A stretch of DNA of 64,000 nt. Origin: Methanomicrobiales archaeon. GTDB taxonomy: Archaea; Halobacteriota; Methanomicrobia; Methanomicrobiales; Methanospirillaceae. Of this stretch, positions 31,061 to 40,678 are shown piece after piece. The notes beneath the pieces are model-generated. The model saw only the letters and a list, made by a program, of their open reading frames with translations. It was not told the origin of the DNA and did no database searches. Position 1 is the stretch's first letter, and each line of letters starts with the position of its first letter. The DNA lies in the NCBI GenBank assembly GCA_037137755.1, contig JBAXJR010000004.1, positions 14,552 through 78,551 of the forward strand, given 5' to 3'. The translations under genes and the position numbers were made by a program.

Positions 31061-32431
31061 TTATCTGGAATCTGGTGGACAGGGAAACCTGATAACAAAT
31101 GTGGTTCCATTTTCCCTTTGGAGTTCGACAGTTCCCCGCATCTGGTGTGTAGCCAGCCCGTTTATGATCTGGAGTCCAAAAGATGTCGTGTTCCGGAAAT
31201 CAAGGCCTGGAGGAAACCCAACTCCATTGTCGCTCACCGTGAACTCACACTCTTTCTCACTTGCATTTACCAGCCTGATTGAGATTATCCCATGCATACC
31301 CCCGGGAAATCCATGCTCTAAGGAATTTGAAATGAGTTCATTAGCAATGAGGCCACAGGGAACTGCGATATCCATGTTCATGTGGACAATCTGAAGTTGG
31401 ATATCTACAGAAATCTCATCACGGGTCCGCCCGTAAGAAGAGAGCAAATATGAAATTAATTCATTGAGATAGATGGAAAAATCAATCCGAGCAAAGTCTT
31501 TCGAACGGTACAGGCTTTCATGAATAAGTGCCATGGCCTTTATTCGTTCATAGCTCTCCTGTAAGAGGCGGTGTGTATCTGGATCGGTTATTTGTGCAGA
31601 CTGGAGTTCAATCAGACCCGAAATCACCTGCATATTATTCTTCACCCGATGATGCACTTCCCTGAGCAGGATCTCTTTCTCGATAAGTGACTTCTGAAGA
31701 TGGTCTTCAGAAATTTTCCTGTCGCTGATGTCCATAATGTTTAAAATAACTATATCGTCAGGCATCCGTGAACCTGAGATCAGGACGGGAATGGTTGTCC
31801 CATCCTGCCTGAAAAGAGTAAATTCTTTGATCATTGGTTGACTATCCTTCTGAATATGGTCTATCAGAAGGTGACGGAAGGTGGGATCCGGTAATACCCT
31901 CGAAAGGGTTTTTCCGGTTATCGTATCCGTTCCAAATCCAAGAATTGAAAGAAGCTTTCCGTTCACCTCAATGACTGTGTAATCATCGTTTTTTATTTCT
32001 GCAAGCAGAATTCCGATCTCCGAATAGTCGAAAACCCCGTGATATCGCACTTCCTGGATCTTCAGATTACGGGTCAATGAAGAGATGATAAGGGTCACGG
32101 AAACAAGGACGTAAAAACTTGCAGTTGCGGTTGTAAATGACAGGTCACGGATACCGGGGTAGCTGTAAAGATATACAAAGAGGATATTTATGGCACTAAT
32201 AACAACGGCAAAGAGTATTGCCCGTTTAGGGAACCAGTATGCAGTAACAATAACAGGAATATAAAAAAGGAGCGGGGTGATAATCATGATATCCCTGAGC
32301 AGACCCAGCAGGATAACACAGAATGCAAAAGTGAGTGAAATTATAATAATGATCAATTTAATGTCGGTTGTGGTAATTGATTCATACCAGTTTGATGTCA
32401 TCGAGTTCCCCTGATACCTGTTTTTATCCAT
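31061..32431 (-). CDS. Membrane sensor histidine kinase (PAS + HisKA_2 + HATPase_c)
   Basis: About four N-terminal TM helices, H-box HHRVKNNMQVISGL and ATPase segment NSLEHGFPGG...DNGVGFP. The start is uncertain (Met at 32431 or 32401); the track ORF extends to 32584. Confidence 0.8.
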   Translation of the reverse strand: MDKNRYQGNSMTSNWYESITTTDIKLIIIIISLTFAFCVILLGLLRDIMIITPLLFYIPVIVTAYWFPKRAILFAVVISAINILFVYLYSYPGIRDLSFTTATASFYVLVSVTLIISSLTRNLKIQEVRYHGVFDYSEIGILLAEIKNDDYTVIEVNGKLLSILGFGTDTITGKTLSRVLPDPTFRHLLIDHIQKDSQPMIKEFTLFRQDGTTIPVLISGSRMPDDIVILNIMDISDRKISEDHLQKSLIEKEILLREVHHRVKNNMQVISGLIELQSAQITDPDTHRLLQESYERIKAMALIHESLYRSKDFARIDFSIYLNELISYLLSSYGRTRDEISVDIQLQIVHMNMDIAVPCGLIANELISNSLEHGFPGGMHGIISIRLVNASEKECEFTVSDNGVGFPPGLDFRNTTSFGLQIINGLATHQMRGTVELQRENGTTFVIRFPCPPDSR

Positions 32432-32758
32432 ACTTCGCGGCTGACGATTTAACGACTGCGGCGAAAATACACAGTGTTGGTTAAAAGTGATTATAGGAGA
32501 ACTGATTATTACATCTTTTTCGACAACCCCCGTGGGCATTTCCACCGGCCCTGCACCGAGGCAGTTCACAACAAGAATTCCCAACCTTTGATATATCAGG
32601 TACGGTCAGGGAAACTGTGTAAATCTGGTACAGCAATGTAAATCTGCAAATTCAAGTGTTATCCGGAATTTTAAGGTAATATCGGGCCTAATGAGGACAA
32701 GTCTGATCCCGGTGGATTAAACCAATTATTTATTTTGTTATTATTAACAAGGGAACTT

Positions 32759-34174
32759 ATGCGTATTCTCCTCCCGACAGGTGCAGCAACATATGAGGCA
32801 GTACTGAACGCTGCAGCCGGTTTTGACGCCGAAGTAGTGGTCACCGGGGAAATTGCCTCGTTTTTAACCCCCGGAAAACTCCGCGAGCTGATACAAAATG
32901 GGGAGTATGATATGGTGATCGTATCCGGAATGGTGACTGCCTCGTTCCGCGAGGTGGAGGAGGAGACCGGTATCCCGGTTTATCTTGGTCCACGGCATGC
33001 TGCGGACCTTGAAAAGGTGCTTTCCTTGCTGGATACCCTGCCGCTTTCAAGATCGATCCCGGCAGATGAATTCATGACAGCAGTAAAACGCGAAGAGGCC
33101 TGGAGGAAACTCGATGAACTCGAACAGGGTGCTTCGTATGACTACTGCATAAGGGGTGTCAGGATCGGGGGCACCTCAAGGATAAAAGTCCTCGCCGAAA
33201 TCATGGATGCCCACCGGCACGAGGACTTAAAAACGGCCATCCGGAAGGCATTCCAGTCAGGGGCCGACATTGTCGACCTGGGCTTTGGGTTTGATGCGAC
33301 AACTGACGATGTTATCCGGTGTTTTTCCCAAGTAGCTGATGAGCCGGGCCCCCTTGCGATTGACACGCAGGAACCGGCCCTGATTGCGGCAGGTCTTTTC
33401 CGGGCCGATCTTGTGCTGAGCCTTCATGATGGCAATATACCCGCTATCGGGAAGGCAGTAGCGGATGCAGGTTCAGCAGCAGTTGTGGTACCGTGCCAGC
33501 ATACCCTTGAGGAGAACCTTCTGATGGCCGATCAGGCAGGAATCGCCTGCCTCATTGCCGACCCGCTTCTCCAGCCGGTTGGTTCCGGTTTTGTCCGGTC
33601 CCTTGCAGCATTTCCGGAACACTTCCGGTATCCGCTCTTTTTCGGGGCAGGGAACGTCGTGGAATTATTGGATGCCGATTCTCCAGGGCTGAATACCCTT
33701 CTCGCCGGAATTGCAAAAGAGATCGGGGCATCGGTAATTTTTACGAGTGAACACAGCGACAAGACAAAAGGCTCTGTCCGGGAGATGCGGACTGCCACAG
33801 AAATGATGGCGCTTGCCATAGACCGGCCCTACCCGAAAGACCTTGGAATCGATCTCCTCCTCCTCAAGGAAAAAAGGAGGAGAAGGGAACCCCCCCTGTC
33901 CTACAATTCCCTGACCCATGCCAGCCTGCATGGAGAGGAACTCCGGTATGACCCAAAAGGTAATTTCAGGATCGGGGTGGAAGACGACCAGATCGTGGCA
34001 GTCATTAATGGCCGGGCAGTGCAGGGCCGGACATGGATGGCCGTTTTTGAAGAAATTTTAAAAAATGGCGATGTGTCGCTGCTCGATCATGCTGCGTACC
34101 TCGGGAAAGAGCTGTACAAGGCAGAACTCGCCATCCGTTTCGGCAGGAGTTTTGTGCAGGACGGAGATTTTTAG
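32759..34174 (+). CDS. Dihydropteroate synthase-related (pterin-binding) protein, archaeal methanopterin-pathway type
   Basis: About 470 aa with GADIVDLG pterin-binding-barrel motifs. It resembles the archaeal DHPS-related family of MJ0107 type. Start set to the ATG at 32759. Confidence 0.6.
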   Translation: MRILLPTGAATYEAVLNAAAGFDAEVVVTGEIASFLTPGKLRELIQNGEYDMVIVSGMVTASFREVEEETGIPVYLGPRHAADLEKVLSLLDTLPLSRSIPADEFMTAVKREEAWRKLDELEQGASYDYCIRGVRIGGTSRIKVLAEIMDAHRHEDLKTAIRKAFQSGADIVDLGFGFDATTDDVIRCFSQVADEPGPLAIDTQEPALIAAGLFRADLVLSLHDGNIPAIGKAVADAGSAAVVVPCQHTLEENLLMADQAGIACLIADPLLQPVGSGFVRSLAAFPEHFRYPLFFGAGNVVELLDADSPGLNTLLAGIAKEIGASVIFTSEHSDKTKGSVREMRTATEMMALAIDRPYPKDLGIDLLLLKEKRRRREPPLSYNSLTHASLHGEELRYDPKGNFRIGVEDDQIVAVINGRAVQGRTWMAVFEEILKNGDVSLLDHAAYLGKELYKAELAIRFGRSFVQDGDF

Positions 34175-34287
34175 GCCCTTAAAAGTCATTCAAACCTTCC
34201 GCGGAGAGTAAGATCTGCCTGAAAAGTTCCTTGTAATTCCTGTCAACCCCGTAACCTTTTTAGAACGCACACTCCTTTACTATACGT

Positions 34288-34569
34288 ATGGTACGACAGG
34301 TGCATGCAGCACATATCCTGGTCAGGACCGAAGACCAGGCACGGGACATGCAAAAAAGACTGAATAACGGCGAGAACTTTGACGAACTGGCAAAAAAGTT
34401 TTCCACGTGCCCTTCAGGGAAGAAATGCGGTGACCTTGGCTGGTTCGGGAAGGATATGATGGTACCCGAATTCGAGAAAGCTGCGTTTGGAGGGAAAGTA
34501 GGAGACATCGTTGGGCCCGTTAAAACGCAGTTCGGGTACCACATGATTAAAATCCTCGGCCAGAAATAA
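34288..34569 (+). CDS. Parvulin-type peptidyl-prolyl cis-trans isomerase
   Basis: 93 aa with AAHILV, GDLGWF and GYHMIK motifs. Confidence 0.85.
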   Translation: MVRQVHAAHILVRTEDQARDMQKRLNNGENFDELAKKFSTCPSGKKCGDLGWFGKDMMVPEFEKAAFGGKVGDIVGPVKTQFGYHMIKILGQK

Positions 34570-34640
34570 CACCCGAATAGGCCGTATCCCGGGAAACCTG
34601 CATATTTTTAATCATATCTGACAAAGGACCTGATACCACC

Positions 34641-35012
34641 ATGAACATCCGGGGAGTACGTCTTGAATTGCTGGACCTTATGTGCCAGATCGCTATTGAG
34701 AGCCATCCCAACGAATTTGTTGCGGTACTGCTCGAGAAAGATGGCATCATAGCCGAGCTGAACCTCCTCCCCGGCACCACGAGTGGAGAGAGCCATGCGA
34801 ACCTGCACTATGACATGATGCCACTTGACCCGCACGTTGCCGGCAGCGCTCACAGCCACCCAAACGGCGCACTCCAGCCCTCTGATGCAGACCTCCGGTT
34901 TTTCCCCAGCATCGGGCGGTATCATTTCATCATCGGGTCTCCTTACACCCTGTCAGACTGGCGGTGCTACCATGCAAATGGCGCTGCTGCAATTATGGAG
35001 GTGATCTCCTGA
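34641..35012 (+). CDS. JAB/MPN+ (JAMM) metalloprotease domain protein
   Basis: HSHPNGALQPSDADL is the JAMM motif, with an upstream Glu in ESHPNEFVAVL. Confidence 0.75.
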   Translation: MNIRGVRLELLDLMCQIAIESHPNEFVAVLLEKDGIIAELNLLPGTTSGESHANLHYDMMPLDPHVAGSAHSHPNGALQPSDADLRFFPSIGRYHFIIGSPYTLSDWRCYHANGAAAIMEVIS

Positions 35013-35443
35013 CCCGCGTCGTGGCAACCGGGACATTTGACCTGTTACACCCGGGCCACATCTACTATCTTGAGGAGTCACGGAAGCTCGGGGACGAACT
35101 CTTTGTCATCGTGGCCCGGGATGCAAATGTCAGGCACAAGCCCCGGCCTGTAATCCCTGAAGAACAGCGGCGGTGCATGGTCGCAGCCCTTCGTGCGGTT
35201 GACCATGCGGTCCTTGGTGATCCAACCGATATGTTCAGGCCGGTCAGGGAGATCCGTCCCGACGTGATAACCATCGGGTTCAACCAGCACTTTGATTCGG
35301 AAATACTGGTAGGACAACTTATGGAACAATCTCTTGGTGCCCGTGTAGTCAGGATAAACAGGTACCCCGAGGGGGCAATCTGCAGTTCCCGCCTGATTGT
35401 AAAAGAAATTATCAGGCGATCAGGCTGTGACCCTGACAAATAA
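34964..35443 (+). CDS. ribL: Archaeal FAD synthetase (FMN adenylyltransferase, RibL type)
   Basis: VVATGTFDLLHPGHIYYLEESRKLG cytidylyltransferase motif. The ATG at 34964 gives a 49-nt overlap with the JAMM gene; a downstream GTG start is possible. Confidence 0.8.
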   Translation: MLPCKWRCCNYGGDLLTRVVATGTFDLLHPGHIYYLEESRKLGDELFVIVARDANVRHKPRPVIPEEQRRCMVAALRAVDHAVLGDPTDMFRPVREIRPDVITIGFNQHFDSEILVGQLMEQSLGARVVRINRYPEGAICSSRLIVKEIIRRSGCDPDK

Positions 35444-35557
35444 CCCCTCATCATGGGTTAAGTAATTTTTCAACCCTCTCTGGTAGTATGGGTATTCATC
35501 GCATACCCGGACCCGGAGAGTACCATTCCCCGGGATTCTACAAGAATTCACATTTTT

Positions 35558-37879
35558 CTAAAGTTCGGATTCCCCGGATACGCCACAAACTAGCGGGCAG
35601 GTCGAATCCGGGTCTCCACGGAAGCGTAAGTCCTGTAATGATTCAAGCAGGATTACCGTTGCATGCTTGTCAAGGGGCTGGTTATCGTTTCCACATTTGG
35701 GTGAATAAATACAGGACGGGCATCCCGTTTCACACCTGCAGTCCCGGACCAGGCTGGTAGTCATCGTTATGATCTCTTCAAATTTGGAAAATGCATTTTC
35801 AGCAAGGCCGATACCTCCCGGAAACCCGTCGTATATGACAACCGTTGGTTCACCCGACCCGGGGAATGCAGGGGAAGAGAAGCCCCCGATATCCCTGCGG
35901 TCACACATTACATGGAATGGCATCACGGCAATCAGCGCATGCTCGGCACCATGGAGCCCTCCCCCAAAATCCAGCATGCGGCCCTCGATATCTGCAGATA
36001 CCCCTGGGGGTGCAGTAAACCATAATGCCCGTGTATTGAAGGTGACCGGGGGCAGGGAAAGCGGCTCGACACTGATGATCGTATCATAGAGCATGACCCG
36101 GTACGAAGTACAATGCTCGGTGACGGTCACCTCTCCAAAGGAAAGCCTGCTGTTCCCAACCATCCGGTTCGTCTCCTCCCTGATAATCCTGACATCCACC
36201 GACCGGAGTGGTTTTGTGTAATAATCGACATCGGTACGTTCAACCCGGATGACATGGCGGTCGAAATCCATCGAGAGGACCTGGTATTTCTCCCCCTGGT
36301 GGTAGAGTATGGCCCCTTCATGGGCCTCCCGGAAGGCCTGTGACTGGTCCAGTGTCTCGAGTATCTCACCATCACACATAACCTTAAACGTGATCGTGGG
36401 GATTGCCGAAAGGCTGGCCAGTTCAACCGGTCTCCGGCTCCCCGAGTAGATATAACCTCTCCGTGTTATGCTGAGAAGGTGCTCCCCTGCAAGTGAGGAA
36501 AGGACATTCCCCAGTTCTTTTCCAAAAAATCGGTCATCATTGCCTGTTGTTACCGGCAGTTCGGCGGCGGCACAGAGTACCTGGCCCGAGAGGATGTAGG
36601 GATTGTCCAGGTCTATTATCGCATGTTCGTGGCGGGACTGGAAAAATTGATCCGGGTGGTGCATAAAATACTGGTCAAGCGGGTCTGCATGTGCGACCAG
36701 GATAGCAAGTGAATCCGCAGTGGTCCTCCCAGCCCTGCCAGCCTGTTGCCAGGTGGACATGATCGAGCCGGGAAACCCTGTCATGATGACGCCATCGAGG
36801 CAGCCGACATCGATGCCGACCTCGAGGGCATTGGTCGAGACAATACCTCGTAAAAATCCTCGTTTCATCCGGTCTTCAATCTCTCTCCTCTCTTCCGGGA
36901 GGTACCCTGCCCGGTACGCGGAGACAAGGGCCGGGTCTGCGTTGTCCTTTCGGATAAGGTCATCACGAACCTGCAGGGTGATGAGTTCGGTAAGTTTCCG
37001 TGAACCCGTAAAACATAACATCCTGAGGTCATGGTTCATGCACATCCGGAGAATTTTAACGCTTTCATGGTAGGTTGTCCCTGACATATCGCCACCCCGG
37101 AATGGGTTATAAATGACAAAGTTTTTTGTCCCGCGCGGGGAGCCGTCAGACGAGATGCAGGTGACAGGTTTTCCGGTGAGGCGACTCCCAAAATCCTCCG
37201 GATTTGCGATTGTTGCCGATGAAAGGATCATCAGGGGGTCAGTCCCGTGGTGTGCACAGATCCTCCGGAGGCGCCTGATAACAAATGCCATGTTTGAGCC
37301 GAATACCCCCCGGTACTGGTGGGCTTCATCGATCACCACCGCGGTAAGATTTTTGAAAAAATCTGACCACTGGTGATGCCAGGGGAGGATTGTATGAAGC
37401 TCATAAGGATTGGAGAGAATGATACGGGACCCTGACCTGATAAGGGGTCGTCGCCCGGCCGGAGTGTCCCCGTCATATACTGCCGGGTGTAAAGAGATCC
37501 CCGTGTTCTTCTCGATATCCTGCAAGGTCTTCAGCTGGTCATGGCAAAGGGCCTTGGTGGGGTACAGGTAAAGGGCCGTGGCTTCAGGTTCGTTGAAAAG
37601 ACGTTCGATAATGGGGAGAGAGAAGGCAAGTGTCTTCCCGGAGGCGGTGGCGGTGGTAAGGATCAGGTCCTCCCTGTTACGAATGGACTCGATCGCATCG
37701 CACTGGTGGGTATAGAGGGAAAACCCGCGACCCGAAAGGTAAGTTTCCAGCGGCCCGGGCAGGGGTTTTGTTAATACGCTTTGTACCGCATCCCGGGCCG
37801 GGATAGTCTCGATATGTGCCGTGTGTTCACTGTATTCCGGGTCGTTTTGTAACGAGGTGACCACATCTCCCATGGTCAT
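35558..37879 (-). CDS. DEAD/DEAH-box helicase with C-terminal DUF1998 zinc domain (YprA/MrfA-like)
   Basis: TATASGKT (motif I), VIDEAHQY (motif II), SSAT and QQAGRAGR motifs. The C-terminus CRCETGCPSCIYSPKCGNDNQPLDK is the DUF1998 signature. Start set to the Met that forms an ATGA overlap with the upstream gene. Confidence 0.85.
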   Translation of the reverse strand: MTMGDVVTSLQNDPEYSEHTAHIETIPARDAVQSVLTKPLPGPLETYLSGRGFSLYTHQCDAIESIRNREDLILTTATASGKTLAFSLPIIERLFNEPEATALYLYPTKALCHDQLKTLQDIEKNTGISLHPAVYDGDTPAGRRPLIRSGSRIILSNPYELHTILPWHHQWSDFFKNLTAVVIDEAHQYRGVFGSNMAFVIRRLRRICAHHGTDPLMILSSATIANPEDFGSRLTGKPVTCISSDGSPRGTKNFVIYNPFRGGDMSGTTYHESVKILRMCMNHDLRMLCFTGSRKLTELITLQVRDDLIRKDNADPALVSAYRAGYLPEERREIEDRMKRGFLRGIVSTNALEVGIDVGCLDGVIMTGFPGSIMSTWQQAGRAGRTTADSLAILVAHADPLDQYFMHHPDQFFQSRHEHAIIDLDNPYILSGQVLCAAAELPVTTGNDDRFFGKELGNVLSSLAGEHLLSITRRGYIYSGSRRPVELASLSAIPTITFKVMCDGEILETLDQSQAFREAHEGAILYHQGEKYQVLSMDFDRHVIRVERTDVDYYTKPLRSVDVRIIREETNRMVGNSRLSFGEVTVTEHCTSYRVMLYDTIISVEPLSLPPVTFNTRALWFTAPPGVSADIEGRMLDFGGGLHGAEHALIAVMPFHVMCDRRDIGGFSSPAFPGSGEPTVVIYDGFPGGIGLAENAFSKFEEIITMTTSLVRDCRCETGCPSCIYSPKCGNDNQPLDKHATVILLESLQDLRFRGDPDSTCPLVCGVSGESEL

Positions 37880-38949
37880 GTCTGGCCCTCCCAAAAATGA
37901 AACAGTAATTTTGCGAGACTGGTGACGTCTTCAAGGTTATGCTGCACAATTGGCACAAGAGGGCCCGGGTTTCCCGATTGAAGGTAGGTCTCGTAGAATT
38001 CAGGTACCATACTCCCCGGGAGGTCATGCGATCTTGAGGATCCAAGGAGGTGCTGTTCAATGGTACTGAGCCTGCAGTCCTGAAGCAGGCGTCCTGCGTT
38101 ACGCCGGGATGCGTGGAGCAGGTCAACATGGTGGCATGGTCTCTCCATCATACCTCCATAGAATGCAGATCTTGAGATAAGGTAGGGAATATCAAACGTT
38201 TTCCCATTATATGAAATCACGACCGGTTTTTCCCGCAGGTGCTGAAGGGTCAGGTCAAGTGCTGGTAATTCTTCTTCCATGGTACGGACAAGGAACTGGC
38301 GCACTACCACACGCTGTTCCTCGATTGTTGCAATCCCGAAAAGGATGATTGGTCTTGAGAAAAATCCCATGGTTTCCAGGTCGAGGAAGAGATAGGAATC
38401 ACGCCCGAATAATCCAGATGCCAGGATTGATAACGGGTGGGATGGAGAATGACGGCGTTCAATGAACGAGACAATTTCGTCCGGCTTACCGTTTAGGATC
38501 CTGTTGACACATTCCTTTGCCCCGTCACGGAAACGCCGGTGAGGGATCAGGTCTTCTATCGTCCTGTGCCCCTTTTTTCCCAACCGTCCGGCTGTTAACG
38601 GGCCGATACCCCGGACAAGCGTGAGGTCTTCCAGAATCCTCCGTTTTACCTGATCCGGGTCAGGGCGAGGTACCGGAATAGCAGTAGTGGTAACAATCTC
38701 GAAACATTCTCCTTCAGGGGTAGCTCTGGTCCTGCCATTAAATACATCCTCAACGGCCATCCCCTCATGTCTGGTCATGAAAGTGGCTTTTATATCACGT
38801 GCCTTATGGTATTCAGATTCAAGAACAGAAGACCCCGAAAAACCAGCCCTGAATACCGAATCGTTCCTCACTACAGAGAAATCATGCGACTCACCAATCT
38901 TTGATCGCCATTGCCTGCTGACCACATCATAAGACGATTTGGAGATCAT
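37876..38949 (-). CDS. HhH + RNase H-fold DEDDh exonuclease (YprB/MrfB-like)
   Basis: LFLDLETMGF (Exo I), ISYNGKTFDIPYL (Exo II) and HNLEDVTSL (Exo III with His), plus an upstream helix-hairpin-helix LVRGIGPLTAGRL. Confidence 0.7.
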   Translation of the reverse strand: MISKSSYDVVSRQWRSKIGESHDFSVVRNDSVFRAGFSGSSVLESEYHKARDIKATFMTRHEGMAVEDVFNGRTRATPEGECFEIVTTTAIPVPRPDPDQVKRRILEDLTLVRGIGPLTAGRLGKKGHRTIEDLIPHRRFRDGAKECVNRILNGKPDEIVSFIERRHSPSHPLSILASGLFGRDSYLFLDLETMGFFSRPIILFGIATIEEQRVVVRQFLVRTMEEELPALDLTLQHLREKPVVISYNGKTFDIPYLISRSAFYGGMMERPCHHVDLLHASRRNAGRLLQDCRLSTIEQHLLGSSRSHDLPGSMVPEFYETYLQSGNPGPLVPIVQHNLEDVTSLAKLLFHFWEGQT

Positions 38950-39176
38950 GCTGATCCAACATAGACTCCCCTCTTTTCAAAGGTATGCCGCGGGGGGTGA
39001 AAGTGAAAGATCCAGTAAGGATAACAAATTTTCATTTCCTTTTGTTGCGCCAGATGAACACCCCGGGATATAATTTCGCAGGTATTTGGGGGCATTCAGG
39101 TTCAGCGATCACATTTCCCAAAAAAGGAACAGGGAAAAATGCATTAAAGGACGTGCCCTAAGAATATTCTGCCGCA

Positions 39177-39836
39177 ATGATCGCACTATACCAGCATGGG
39201 GCCGGAGAGCCGCCAGGATATATCCTGGGACTGATCAGAGAAAGAAACCTGGAATACAAAATTATTCCCATGTTTGAAACAGGCGAGGTGCCGGGAGGAA
39301 TTAATGCCACCCACATGGTATTCCTTGGAGGGCAGATGAGTGTCAACGACAATAAGGAATACCCCTGGCTTCTCCAGGAGAAACAACTTATTCGTGAAGC
39401 AATCAAATCAGGGACTCCTGTTCTCGGCATTTGCCTCGGTGCCCAACTGATCGCCTCGGCTCTAGGGAAAAAAGTGTTTCGCTGCCAGGAAGAGAGAGGT
39501 TGGTGTGGAATAAGGAAAAACCTGCCACCCTGTTTTCCTATGCCCGGGAAGAACCTGACTGTGTTCCAGTGGCATGGCGAGAACTTTGAACTCCCGGACG
39601 GGAGTCTGTTGGTATACCGGGGCGACCTCGTTCAGAACCAGATGTTTACCTTTGGATCTGCAACGGGTGTCCAGTTCCATCCGGAAGTTACCGAAGAGAT
39701 TATTCATGACTGGTTTGCACCCTTCGGGCGAAAAGAGCAGGACGAAATCATGTTGAAGACTTCCCGTTATATGAAAGACAGTAACCAGGTTTGCAGGTCT
39801 TTATTTACCTGTTTCCTTGCGGGGTCAGCCGTATGA
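39177..39836 (+). CDS. Class I glutamine amidotransferase-like protein
   Basis: GICLGAQLIASALG nucleophile elbow and a C-terminal FHPE motif. Confidence 0.75.
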   Translation: MIALYQHGAGEPPGYILGLIRERNLEYKIIPMFETGEVPGGINATHMVFLGGQMSVNDNKEYPWLLQEKQLIREAIKSGTPVLGICLGAQLIASALGKKVFRCQEERGWCGIRKNLPPCFPMPGKNLTVFQWHGENFELPDGSLLVYRGDLVQNQMFTFGSATGVQFHPEVTEEIIHDWFAPFGRKEQDEIMLKTSRYMKDSNQVCRSLFTCFLAGSAV

Positions 39837-40600
39837 ACGTGAAGGGTGTATTACTTGACCTTGACGGGGTGCTCTATACAGGCGACAACCCCATACCCGG
39901 GGCACCCGGGGCCGTCCGGTACCTGAAAGAACGTGGATATATCATACGGTTCGTTTCAAACAGCACCAGGAAAACCCGGGCCTCAATTGAGTCCCGCCTT
40001 CAGGCGTTTGGATTCGATATCGGGAAGGATGAGATCTTTACACCTTCCGTTGCAGCAATTAACTATATTGTTGGCACAGGTCTGAAACGGGTCCATCTCC
40101 TGACAACAATGGACCTCCATTCAGAATTCGAAGCAGCAGGGCTTTTTCACCGGGAATCTCAGGCAGACTGGGTTATTGTAGGTGACGCAGGGGATAATTT
40201 CAACTACGATACGATGAACCAGGTATTCCGGCAGGTCCAGGGGGGGGCTGGGATAATCGCCCTTGAGAAAGACCGGTACTGGATGGGAAATGACGGGCTG
40301 ATGCTGTCTGCCGGTCCGTTTGTCTGCGGGATTGAATATGCCACAGGAAAACCTGCGACTTTGGTGGGCAAACCTTCACCGGATTTTTTCGGCATGGCTC
40401 TTCGGGACATGGGCCTGAAACCCTGTGATGCAGTAATGATCGGGGATGACGTGGTGACCGATACCGGGGGTGCCATGAAAGCAGGGATGCAGGGCATCCT
40501 GGTTAGAACCGGAAAATTCAGCCCGGAATCGCTAGCCGGTGCAGACCCGGCTCCTACGAGGGTTGTCGGTTCGATTGCAGAAATCCATAAAATCCTGTGA
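39833..40600 (+). CDS. HAD-superfamily hydrolase, subfamily IIA
   Basis: LLDLDGVLY (motif I), FVSNST (motif II) and MIGDD (motif IV). The ATGA overlap with the upstream gene fixes the start at 39833. Confidence 0.8.
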   Translation: MNVKGVLLDLDGVLYTGDNPIPGAPGAVRYLKERGYIIRFVSNSTRKTRASIESRLQAFGFDIGKDEIFTPSVAAINYIVGTGLKRVHLLTTMDLHSEFEAAGLFHRESQADWVIVGDAGDNFNYDTMNQVFRQVQGGAGIIALEKDRYWMGNDGLMLSAGPFVCGIEYATGKPATLVGKPSPDFFGMALRDMGLKPCDAVMIGDDVVTDTGGAMKAGMQGILVRTGKFSPESLAGADPAPTRVVGSIAEIHKIL

Positions 40601-40678
40601 TCGTTCCGGACTAACCGGACCAGCCATTTTTTTCTATTCGTGCTACCGGTTGGATCTGGCGGGTGCCTATTCTAACCA

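Noticed and set aside
34964-35012. 49-nt overlap between the JAMM protease gene and ribL as a possible programmed feature
   Set aside because: It is more simply explained by ribL starting at a downstream non-ATG codon just before VVATGTFDLLHPGH. The overlap is a start-codon ambiguity rather than biology.
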